Source of the DNA: a virus
Reading direction: 5' to 3' (one strand)
Virus record (IMG/VR): IMGVR_UViG_3300029305_004819
Location: 1 to 48,758 of that record
DNA length: 48,758 nt
The notes below the pieces were generated by a model. It did no database searches. It saw only the letters and a list, made by a program, of their open reading frames with translations, and was not told the DNA's origin. Numbering within the stretch: the stretch's first letter is position 1; every line of letters starts with the position of its first letter. This document shows, in pieces, positions 29,550 through 37,961 of this stretch. Position numbers and translations under genes: made by a program.

Positions 29550-30980
29550 ATGTATACGTTACCAAAGGATATAGTAGAAAAAAAGCAAATAACAAATATT
29601 ATACTTAATGATGTTATAGCTTATAACGAAAAAGGTAAAAAAAGATTTAAAATGTTAGAAAATTATTACTTGGGTAAACACGATATTACTAAACGTAATA
29701 AAGAAGATAGACTTAGTAATAATAAAGTAATGGTAAATCACGCTAAGTATATTACTGATACTAACGTTGGGTATTTACTTGGTAACCCAGTAGATTATCA
29801 AGTTGGTAAAGACGAAAACGGAGCGTATTTATATGATATAGAGCCTATTTTAGACGCATACAAAAAGCAAACTATCAACGATTTAGATAGTGAAATAGCT
29901 AAAGATGTGTCTATTTTTGGTTTACAATACGAGTATGTGTATGCTAATGAGGACGCTGAGCCTCGTAGTTGCGAGGTAGATAATAAAAACGCTATTATAG
30001 TATATGACGATACCGTAGAACATAACAAACTTTTTGGGTTAATATATAGACCTATTTATAAAGGTAAAAAGTTTGATTATTGGGAGATTATTTACGTTGA
30101 TAAAAAAGAAAAACGTACATATAAATCATATAGCAAGAGCTTACAACAAGTAGGAAAAAGTGAGCCTCACGCTTTTGGAGATGTACCACTAATACTTTAT
30201 AAGAATAACCCCGAATTTTTAGGAGATTATGAGCCAGTTATTAGTTTAATTGACGCTTATAACTTATTACAAAGCGATAGAGTTAATGATAAAGAGCAAT
30301 TAGTAGACGCTATTTTGTGTATGTATGGTATGGACTTTACTGACGAGCAAGCCGACCAACTACGTACAAGTCGTATGTTGGCTAGTTTACCAGCGGACGG
30401 CAAGGTCGAGTATTTAATTAAGACGTTACAAGAGGGAGATGTTGATATATTAAGACAAAACCTTGAGAACGATATACACAAAATAAGTATGGTACCTAAT
30501 ATGAGCGACGAAAACTTTGTCGGTAATAGTAGCGGTGTAGCTATTAGATATAAGTTGTTAGCGTTCGAACAAAATATCAAAAATAAAGAGCGTTATATGG
30601 AAAAAGGCTTAATGGAACGTTTTAAACTATATAATAACTTTTTATTAACTAAGTCTCAAATGAGCGAGGTACCTATTGAGGAGGTAGACGCTGTATTTAA
30701 GCGTAATTTACCAAGTAATGACTTTGAAATTAGCCAAATGATAAATAACTTAGCTGATTTTGTTGACGCTGAGACTTTAATATCTCAATTATCTTTTGTT
30801 AAAGACGCTAGCGAGATAGTGGAGGCTAAGAAAAAAGAGGACGAGGCTAAACCAAAAAGCCCATACGATTTAGCTTTTGAAAATAACCAAATAGGAGACG
30901 CTAATAATGAGGCTCAAGAGAATATGGGCGACGACGGTAAAGATAATAAAGATACTGTGGACGATACTTTAAATAGCTAG
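29550..30980 (+). CDS. Portal protein (SPP1 gp6-like)
   Basis: NYYLGKHDITKR..NHAKYITDTNVGYLLGNPVDY..SGVAIRYKL. Confidence 0.92.
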   Translation: MYTLPKDIVEKKQITNIILNDVIAYNEKGKKRFKMLENYYLGKHDITKRNKEDRLSNNKVMVNHAKYITDTNVGYLLGNPVDYQVGKDENGAYLYDIEPILDAYKKQTINDLDSEIAKDVSIFGLQYEYVYANEDAEPRSCEVDNKNAIIVYDDTVEHNKLFGLIYRPIYKGKKFDYWEIIYVDKKEKRTYKSYSKSLQQVGKSEPHAFGDVPLILYKNNPEFLGDYEPVISLIDAYNLLQSDRVNDKEQLVDAILCMYGMDFTDEQADQLRTSRMLASLPADGKVEYLIKTLQEGDVDILRQNLENDIHKISMVPNMSDENFVGNSSGVAIRYKLLAFEQNIKNKERYMEKGLMERFKLYNNFLLTKSQMSEVPIEEVDAVFKRNLPSNDFEISQMINNLADFVDAETLISQLSFVKDASEIVEAKKKEDEAKPKSPYDLAFENNQIGDANNEAQENMGDDGKDNKDTVDDTLNS

Positions 30981-30992
30981 GAGGTGTAAACT

Positions 30993-32930
30993 ATGGTTAA
31001 ATCTCCTAGCTATTGGGATAAAAGGGCTATTAAACGTTTGAGTGAGGCTGAGAAAACAAGCGAGGTTTATATCGAACGTATTAAAAGGATATACGAGCAA
31101 GCCTACCGAGATATTGATAAAGAAATAGCGAGAGTGTATAAAAATTATGCTAAAGATACTGGCTTAGACGTGCAAAAGTTAAAAGAGTTACTTACAAAAA
31201 AGGAAACTGATAAAGTATGGAAAACTTTAAAACGTCAAGGCTTAGATAAGTATGTTAAAGATAATTATAAGTCTCGTATCTCAAGACTGGAGCAAATACA
31301 AGCTCAAATATACGGTAAAGCTAAGCTGATATATCCTAAAGAGGAGCTAGAGCAAACAATGTGCTACAAAGGTGTAATAAACGATAGCTATTATAAGGCT
31401 ATTTATGATACACAAATGGGTACTGGTTATGATTTTAGCTTTAATAAAATAGATAAAAATTTAACAACCGCTCTATTAAATGAAAAATGGAGCGGTTTAA
31501 ATTATAGGCAACGTATATGGGGTAATACCGATATATTGGCTGATAGTTTAAGCCAAATACTAGGCGGGGCTTTATTAAGCGGTCAAAGTATAGAAAAAAC
31601 TACTAAACAAATCAAAGATAGATTTAATGTTAGTAAATATTATGCTGAGCGTCTTGTAAGAACTGAGACAAACCACTTTAATAATGAGGCTGACGCTATG
31701 GCGTACGAGGAAATGGGTATCAATAAGTACGTTTTTGTTGCTACTTTAGATAGTCGTACGAGTGAAATGTGCCAAAGCCACGATAATAAGGTGTATAATT
31801 ACAAAGATAAAGAGGTAGGTGTTAATTTTCCACCTCTACACCCTAATTGTCGTAGTAAAACACGTGGATACGTCGGCGAGGAGGCTGAAAAGCTACTAAA
31901 ACGTAGAGCTAGAAACCCTATAACTGGTAAAAATGAGATAATAGACAATATCTCATACAAAGACTGGATAAAACAGTATCAAAATAACAACGAAACTGTA
32001 AAAACTGTGGATAAACCAGTAAAAAACAACAATAAAACGACAAAAACTGTTAAAAAATGGCTTAAAACCGATAATTTACCAGCTTGGTTTAAAGATTATG
32101 AGGGAAATATTGATAAAGAGGGTCAATTACTTACTAACTGGCTTAACGAAAACGGTAACTCAAATAGTAAAGCTAGTAAAGTATTTAGTAATAGTATAAA
32201 AGATTTAGGACTTGCTAAGGGTAATGTAGGTAAAAACACTTATATAGACTATAAGGACGGTAAAGGTACGTTTAAAAGAGAACGTTACCACAATACAATA
32301 GAGGCTCCTAAATTAAGTAATAAAGACAACCCTATCGGTAGTATCCAAACTATGTTACACGAAAATTGGCACGCTATTGACTATAATAAAGGTGGTAGTG
32401 GGAACTTTTTAAGTAATTTAAGTGAAAATCTTAAAAAAGTAGTATATAATGACGATAATAAAATGAGTAGTGATATTACTAAATTGTTTGAGGACTATAA
32501 CGCTAAATGTAAAGAAATAGCGACTAAAATATCAAAAGATAACCATTATTTATTTGAGGAAATAAATAAAAAATGGGACGAGGGCAAATACAAGAGTTAT
32601 CGTAGTTATACGAGTGCTTGGAGTAAAGCACGTAGTAAGATAAAATCTATGATAGATTATGAGGAGCGTAACCTAATGGGTGGCGGTATAAATAATCTAC
32701 AAGATATTTACGATAGTTTAAGTGCTGGATATTTTAGAGATAATAATACCGTAAAATACGGACACGGTCGTAAATACTTTAGACGTGGTGGTGTAGACAG
32801 CCAAGTTAGAGAAATTGTAGCTAATTATGGAGCTTTAAGTATGACAAGACCCGACCTTATAAAATTATTAAAAGCTGATAAGCCAAATCTAGTAAAAGAG
32901 CTAGAGGCTTTAATGGATAGTATGTTATAG
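30993..32930 (+). CDS. Minor head protein (SPP1 gp7/MuF) with C-terminal zincin-like extension
   Basis: RLVRTETNHFNNEADAMAYEEMGINKYVFVATLDSRTSEMCQSHDNKVY..PPLHPNCRS; C-terminal MLHENWHAIDY and VREIVANYGALS. Confidence 0.85.
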   Translation: MVKSPSYWDKRAIKRLSEAEKTSEVYIERIKRIYEQAYRDIDKEIARVYKNYAKDTGLDVQKLKELLTKKETDKVWKTLKRQGLDKYVKDNYKSRISRLEQIQAQIYGKAKLIYPKEELEQTMCYKGVINDSYYKAIYDTQMGTGYDFSFNKIDKNLTTALLNEKWSGLNYRQRIWGNTDILADSLSQILGGALLSGQSIEKTTKQIKDRFNVSKYYAERLVRTETNHFNNEADAMAYEEMGINKYVFVATLDSRTSEMCQSHDNKVYNYKDKEVGVNFPPLHPNCRSKTRGYVGEEAEKLLKRRARNPITGKNEIIDNISYKDWIKQYQNNNETVKTVDKPVKNNNKTTKTVKKWLKTDNLPAWFKDYEGNIDKEGQLLTNWLNENGNSNSKASKVFSNSIKDLGLAKGNVGKNTYIDYKDGKGTFKRERYHNTIEAPKLSNKDNPIGSIQTMLHENWHAIDYNKGGSGNFLSNLSENLKKVVYNDDNKMSSDITKLFEDYNAKCKEIATKISKDNHYLFEEINKKWDEGKYKSYRSYTSAWSKARSKIKSMIDYEERNLMGGGINNLQDIYDSLSAGYFRDNNTVKYGHGRKYFRRGGVDSQVREIVANYGALSMTRPDLIKLLKADKPNLVKELEALMDSML

Positions 32931-32942
32931 GAGGTATATATT

Positions 32943-33149
32943 ATGAGTAATGAGGATAAAAAAATACAAATTTTAAAGTTATTATCTCAAATATACGAGC
33001 CAATGTTGGAGTTTTTGGACGTAGACAGCGATAAAATGCTGGACGAAAAGATAAAAATATTAACTGAGTTAAAAAACGGTAAATCTATTAAGGATATACC
33101 TAATTTTTACGATATTTTAGAAAATTACCCCGCTGATATGTGGGACTAG
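32943..33149 (+). CDS. Hypothetical phage protein
   Basis: 68 aa, good RBS. Confidence 0.4.
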   Translation: MSNEDKKIQILKLLSQIYEPMLEFLDVDSDKMLDEKIKILTELKNGKSIKDIPNFYDILENYPADMWD

Positions 33150-33171
33150 GACGCTTAAGAGCGTCTTTTTT
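33150..33171 (+). terminator. Intrinsic terminator
   Basis: GACGCT-taag-AGCGTC-TTTTTT. Confidence 0.7.
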
Positions 33172-33452
33172 GTTGGAAATCTCGCCAGTTGGTCTTTTCT
33201 TTATTTAAACCCCCTTTTTATTCTAGTATAGATGTTGCTAATGTAGTGCTAAAAACGTTAATAATATAATTGTAGAACTGGGGCGAGACACGTAACCGAT
33301 ATGAGGTTTAGAGGTTACATCTTAATAGTGATAAATCTAAGACGTTATTTATAGCGTCTTATTTTTATATCCATAGGACGAATTTTTTAAAATATCCGTC
33401 CTATAAAAAATAGCCGACGGGCGTAAAACGGAGAAAGGAGTTATCAAAGGTT

Positions 33453-33983
33453 ATGGAAAAAGATAACAATGTTATTACTCAAGGTACAAATACAGCGAAC
33501 GTACCTACAAACGAGGACAAGAACGCTGGCAAAACCTTTACTCAAGCTGATATGGATAATTTAGCTGGAAAAATAAGAGGCGAGGAAAAAGCAAAAAACG
33601 ACCAAGCTATCAAAGACGCTGTCGCTAGTGCTATCGCTGAGTATGAAAGAAATGCTAAATTAACTGAGGAGGAAAGAGAAAAGGAGGCTAAAAGTAAGAG
33701 AGAGGCTGAACTTAAAGCACGTGAGGATAATATTACTCTACGTGAGAGAAGATTAACCGCTCAAGAAATGCTTAAAGCTAAAAATATCCCTATTGACTTA
33801 GTGGACTTTGTTGTAGATTTAGACGAAAACAAGACAAAGGATAATATTGAAAAACTAGCAAAAACATACAATAAGTCGGTAGAGACTGGAGTAACTGATA
33901 AATTAAAAGGCACTCCACCAACGGACTTTTCTAATTCAAATAACGATACCGACAAGACTAAAAAAGTTGCGTCGGCTTTTTAA
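33453..33983 (+). CDS. Capsid scaffold protein (DUF4355-like)
   Basis: Charged coiled-coil KAKNDQAIKDAVASAIAEYERNAKLTEEEREKEAKSKREAELKAREDNITLRERRLTAQEMLK upstream of capsid. Confidence 0.85.
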   Translation: MEKDNNVITQGTNTANVPTNEDKNAGKTFTQADMDNLAGKIRGEEKAKNDQAIKDAVASAIAEYERNAKLTEEEREKEAKSKREAELKAREDNITLRERRLTAQEMLKAKNIPIDLVDFVVDLDENKTKDNIEKLAKTYNKSVETGVTDKLKGTPPTDFSNSNNDTDKTKKVASAF

Positions 33984-34021
33984 TGCCAAAAATAAATAAG
34001 AAATAGGAGAGTGATGTATAT

Positions 34022-34852
34022 ATGGCAAGACAAAATGCTGTCGATATTTATATAAGCGACGAAGAAAAAGACCAATTAGCTGAAACTTACGGAGAGGTTA
34101 TTGAAGCTATCCAAAAAGGAGCTATAAGCGAACAAATCAAAAATAAAAATTATAGTGGAGACCCAAGTACTGGTAGTGTTGAAATCTCAAGATTTTCAAA
34201 TGCTACTGTAAACGACCAAGGTACAGCTCGTACTAATGGTGCTGGGGATAAATTATCTAATAAAGGTAAAGTTACTATCAACGTAGATACTGATAAAGAA
34301 ATTGTGGAAGAATTTAATAAAAAAGACTTAAAATTACACGGAGTTACTGGTATTGCTGAAAAGAGAAAAGCTAACCATATTAAACGTATGATAGCTTACT
34401 TAGATACTCAATTCTTTGCTAAAGCTGAGGAAGAAGGTACAGCTTTAACTATCCCAGCTGAAATTACAGCGTTAGCTGAAAAATTAGAGGCTCTTATCCA
34501 AAGCGTAGAAACTACTGTAAACGACTTTGTTGACGGAGTTGATAGAGATATGTTAGTTGTAACTGTTACTCCAAGAGTATATGGTGCTTTAGCTAACTAT
34601 ATCGATAGTGTACCAAACTCAATTAACGGTCTAAATGACGAAATTTTCCACAAAGTAAGAATATTTAGTAACCACAGACAAACAAAAGACGCTATTTGTA
34701 TGATAGACGGAGCTGTGGGTCAATTAGTAACTACTGACGAGTATGACGTTGAAAAAATACCACTATCAAATAACTATGGTTTAGAGTTATTTTTCTCAAA
34801 AGGTACAAAAGCTGTTATGCCTGACTTAATTAAATACGTTGATACTATTTAA
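34022..34852 (+). CDS. Major capsid protein
   Basis: 276 aa; position after scaffold; GSVEISRFSNATVNDQGTARTNGAGDKLSNKGKVTINVDTDKEIVEEFNKKD. Confidence 0.85.
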   Translation: MARQNAVDIYISDEEKDQLAETYGEVIEAIQKGAISEQIKNKNYSGDPSTGSVEISRFSNATVNDQGTARTNGAGDKLSNKGKVTINVDTDKEIVEEFNKKDLKLHGVTGIAEKRKANHIKRMIAYLDTQFFAKAEEEGTALTIPAEITALAEKLEALIQSVETTVNDFVDGVDRDMLVVTVTPRVYGALANYIDSVPNSINGLNDEIFHKVRIFSNHRQTKDAICMIDGAVGQLVTTDEYDVEKIPLSNNYGLELFFSKGTKAVMPDLIKYVDTI

Positions 34853-34911
34853 TTAGTCGAAAATAACGCAAATTATAAAATTAGAAAATAGAAAAGGAAA
34901 AGGTGGAACTT

Positions 34912-35148
34912 ATGAAAACATTTAAAAATTTAAAAACTGGAGTATTAGAACACGTTACAAACGAGAAACTAATACCTCAATACGAGAAATATACTGATGT
35001 ATACGAACTTGTAGGAGATAAAAAGGCTGATAAAGAGCCTACTTTAAATGATTTAAAGGCTAAAGCTGACGAACTAGGTATCGAATATCCTAAAAAAGTT
35101 ACTAAAGCTGAGCTTTTAGAGTTAATTAGTGCTAAAGAAAATAATTAG
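34912..35148 (+). CDS. Hypothetical head protein with Rho-N/HeH-like C-terminus
   Basis: PTLNDLKAKADELGIEYPKKVTKAELLELI. Confidence 0.5.
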   Translation: MKTFKNLKTGVLEHVTNEKLIPQYEKYTDVYELVGDKKADKEPTLNDLKAKADELGIEYPKKVTKAELLELISAKENN

Positions 35149-35181
35149 TTATAGGTCTACTACTAAAAAGGAGGTGTAAGT

Positions 35182-35598
35182 ATGGACGAGATAATCGCTA
35201 AAATAAAAGAATACTTAAAAATCATAAATAAAAATACCGACGCAATAGAAAAAGATAACAAGGGTTTACTTGATTTTGTTATTGGGGAGGTAATAGATAG
35301 AGTACAACTTTATTTAAACAGCGACACTATACCTACTAAGCTAGAGCGTATTTTAGCTAATATAGTTAATACTGGTTTAAAGAAATGTCTTAAAGATATG
35401 GAAATATCAAGCGAGGACAATACAGCTGTCGACCAAGTTGTTACAAGTATTAGCGATAACGGACAGTCTATATCATACGCCAACGAGGTAACCAAGTATT
35501 TTACCACAGTAAGCGACGAGGAGTTGTTTACTGGGTTTACTCCGTTACTTAGTAGATATAGGAGGGTTAAAGTTGTATATCCCAAAAACAATGACTAA
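35182..35598 (+). CDS. Head-tail connector protein
   Basis: DFVIGEVIDRVQLYLN..LERILANIVNTG, gp6-type connector pattern and position. Confidence 0.65.
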   Translation: MDEIIAKIKEYLKIINKNTDAIEKDNKGLLDFVIGEVIDRVQLYLNSDTIPTKLERILANIVNTGLKKCLKDMEISSEDNTAVDQVVTSISDNGQSISYANEVTKYFTTVSDEELFTGFTPLLSRYRRVKVVYPKNND

Positions 35599-35914
35599 GA
35601 AAATAGCCCAAACTTTTTACGACAAAACAGTATCGGTATTGGATAAAAAGTCTAATATTGACGCTGAGGGTGGCGTAACAAGTAAAGGCTACGAGGAAAT
35701 AGATACATTTAAAGGTAATGTTAATTTTTCAAACTGTAAACAAATACAAGAGGAGTACGGACTTGACTATAACATAGACGTATCAATAACAACGGACTAT
35801 AACCTACTTAAAATTAACGATATTATCAAATATCAAGAGGTTATTTACAATGTTACTGATATTTTGCCTAGTGATAGCCACGTCCTTATTGTTGCTACGA
35901 AATGGCGACAGTAA
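35573..35914 (+). CDS. Head closure/minor capsid protein
   Basis: KIAQTFYDKTVSVLDK..GNVNFSNCKQIQEEYGLDYNIDVSITT. Confidence 0.6.
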   Translation: MYIPKTMTKKIAQTFYDKTVSVLDKKSNIDAEGGVTSKGYEEIDTFKGNVNFSNCKQIQEEYGLDYNIDVSITTDYNLLKINDIIKYQEVIYNVTDILPSDSHVLIVATKWRQ

Positions 35915-36342
35915 CAATAAAAAACGTTGACCGTTTAATACAGCGTTTAAATAAAATGGCTAATATGGAACTCGAGGACACAGTAAAAAAGGCTACTACT
36001 TTAGTACACGGACAAGCTAAGGCGTTGGCTCCAGTTGATACTGGTAACCTTGCTGGTAGTATACGTATGGAGGTTAAGAAAAAAGACCAAAGTATCGAGG
36101 GTCGTGTATTTACTAACGTACAGTATGCTCCTTATGTGGAGTTTGGTACTGGAGTTAAAGGTAACGGTAGTTATCCTTATGAGGTTGAGGGGCTAAAATT
36201 GACGTACCACGAAAGTTGGGGAGGTATGCCAGCTCAACCTTATATGTATCCAGCTTTAAAGCAAAACGAGAAAATCATAAAGCAATTATTTAAAGACGGT
36301 GTAAAAACTGAGCTAAAAAGTTGTTGTAAAGGAGGTCAATAG
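35902..36342 (+). CDS. HK97 gp10-like tail-component protein
   Basis: ALAPVDTGNLAGSIRMEV..YAPYVEFGTG..AQPYMYPAL. Confidence 0.85.
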   Translation: MATVTIKNVDRLIQRLNKMANMELEDTVKKATTLVHGQAKALAPVDTGNLAGSIRMEVKKKDQSIEGRVFTNVQYAPYVEFGTGVKGNGSYPYEVEGLKLTYHESWGGMPAQPYMYPALKQNEKIIKQLFKDGVKTELKSCCKGGQ

Positions 36343-36344
36343 TT

Positions 36345-36677
36345 ATGTACTTACCAAAAAGTGATATTTATAACAGTTTGAAACAATTAAATTACTATGT
36401 ATCTCAAACTCAACCCGCTACATTTAACGATTTACCAGCTATTATTTTTAATATTGGTAATAACGCTTTAAATTATGACTTGGATAATAACATCATAAGC
36501 CAAGATTTAGAGGTAAATGTGGATATATGGGCTGAGGATAGTGTAACAGCTAGTAAAGTATTATCCCAAGTTGAGGAAATAATGAGATTAAATCTATACA
36601 AAATGTCGTACTCAAGCGACGTACCAAATAGTGGTAATCTATTTCATATATTGAGTAGATTTACCAAAATAGTTTAA
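36345..36677 (+). CDS. Tail terminator/completion protein
   Basis: Position and SQDLEVNVDIWAEDSVTASKVLSQVEEIMR. Confidence 0.65.
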   Translation: MYLPKSDIYNSLKQLNYYVSQTQPATFNDLPAIIFNIGNNALNYDLDNNIISQDLEVNVDIWAEDSVTASKVLSQVEEIMRLNLYKMSYSSDVPNSGNLFHILSRFTKIV

Positions 36678-36694
36678 CCAAAGGAGGTAATAAA

Positions 36695-37132
36695 ATGGCT
36701 GAAATTATTAAACAAGCTACTCGTACAATGGGTACTACTCTTACTAAAACTAAGAGTGGCAACGAGACTGAGGACTTAAAAATTGCTAACTTAACATCTA
36801 TCGGCGAGATAGGTGTTGAGAGTGAAGAAATTGACGCTACTGATTTAGATAGCCCAGATAATTACAAAGAGTTTATCGCTGGGTCAAAAGACGCTGGCGA
36901 GGTATCTATTGCTGGAAATATCAAAGACGAGGCTAATGTTGAGAAAATGTTGGCTTTAGCTGAAAGTCAAAGTATAGAAGAATTTACAGTAAGTTATCCA
37001 AGCGGTGCTAAATGGGTGTTTAATGCTTTTGTTAAGTCTTTTAAGGACGGAGAAAAAACTACGGACGGTTTAGCAACGTTTACAGCTACTCTACGTATTA
37101 GCGGTAAACCAGTATATACTAAATCGGCTTAA
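36695..37132 (+). CDS. Major tail tube protein
   Basis: IGEIGVESEEIDATDLDSPDNYKEFIAGSKDAGEVSIAGNIKDE. Confidence 0.85.
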   Translation: MAEIIKQATRTMGTTLTKTKSGNETEDLKIANLTSIGEIGVESEEIDATDLDSPDNYKEFIAGSKDAGEVSIAGNIKDEANVEKMLALAESQSIEEFTVSYPSGAKWVFNAFVKSFKDGEKTTDGLATFTATLRISGKPVYTKSA

Positions 37133-37138
37133 TAATAA

Positions 37139-37177
37139 CGGGAGGTCGGTTTAAATACTGGTCTCCCGCTTTTTTTG
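37139..37177 (+). terminator. Intrinsic terminator after tail tube gene
   Basis: CGGGAG...CTCCCG followed by TTTTTTT. Confidence 0.75.
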
Positions 37178-37281
37178 TGTAAAAATGGTGCTGTGAGACG
37201 CAACGAAAAACAAAAAGACGGGTAATTGTACGTCTCGTTGCGTTAAAATGCACGTAAAAACTAAGAAAATAGGAGGATATT

Positions 37282-37629
37282 ATGAAATTAAACTTAAAAT
37301 ATAACGCTATGAAAGTAGACGAAATAGAACAAGCTAAAAAACTACCAATAGAAAATTGTATCGCTGATACAACTATCGGTAATTTAGCTTTATTTATCCA
37401 AAAAGGACTAATCGACGATAACGGTAATCACGGAGTAAGTAAAAACGTTGCTATGGATATTATCAACAATTACTTAGCTGAGTACGATAAAGACGAGTTA
37501 GTTATGGATATTATGGAGGCTTTAATTAACGGGGGTTTTTTATCGAGGGACGTGGACTTAGCGAAGATAAGAGCGTTGAAAATGAAACGTCAAGCTCAAG
37601 TAAACGAAGAAATAGAAAACAACCTATAA
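37282..37629 (+). CDS. Tail assembly chaperone (gpG-like)
   Basis: Position between tail tube and tape measure; slippery T TTT TTA at 37536-37542. Confidence 0.75.
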   Translation: MKLNLKYNAMKVDEIEQAKKLPIENCIADTTIGNLALFIQKGLIDDNGNHGVSKNVAMDIINNYLAEYDKDELVMDIMEALINGGFLSRDVDLAKIRALKMKRQAQVNEEIENNL

Positions 37630-37961
37630 AACAGTATAAATACTTTGGCGATATGTGGCGAGATATGGAGGAGGACGCTATAACAATAGGTCTCGACCTC
37701 CATTATTTTTGGAGTTTAAACCCAAAACAATGGGAAAAACACATCAAAGTATTTAATTTAAAGGAAAAACAAAGACTTAAAGAGGTAGATACGCTTAATT
37801 ACATACTTGGTAAGTATGTAGCTTACGCTGTAAATGACCCTAAACACTACCCTAGTAAGCCGTTTACTGAAAAAACCACCCAATTAGAGCCAATGAGCGA
37901 CGAGGAAATGGAAAAACAAGCCCGTCGAAATACTATAAAAATGGGAGGTGTTATTAAATGA
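37543..37961 (+). CDS. Tail assembly chaperone extension (gpGT), translated by -1 frameshift
   Basis: Frame open from the slippery site: IEGRGLSEDKSVENETSSSSKRRNRKQPIKQYKYFGDMWRDMEEDAITIGLDLHYFW...; ORF track shows only 37653-37961. Confidence 0.7.

Noticed and set aside
37528-37550. CGG at 37530 in the gpGT frame as a counterexample to CGG avoidance
   Set aside because: It lies upstream of the -1 slippery site and is not translated in that frame.
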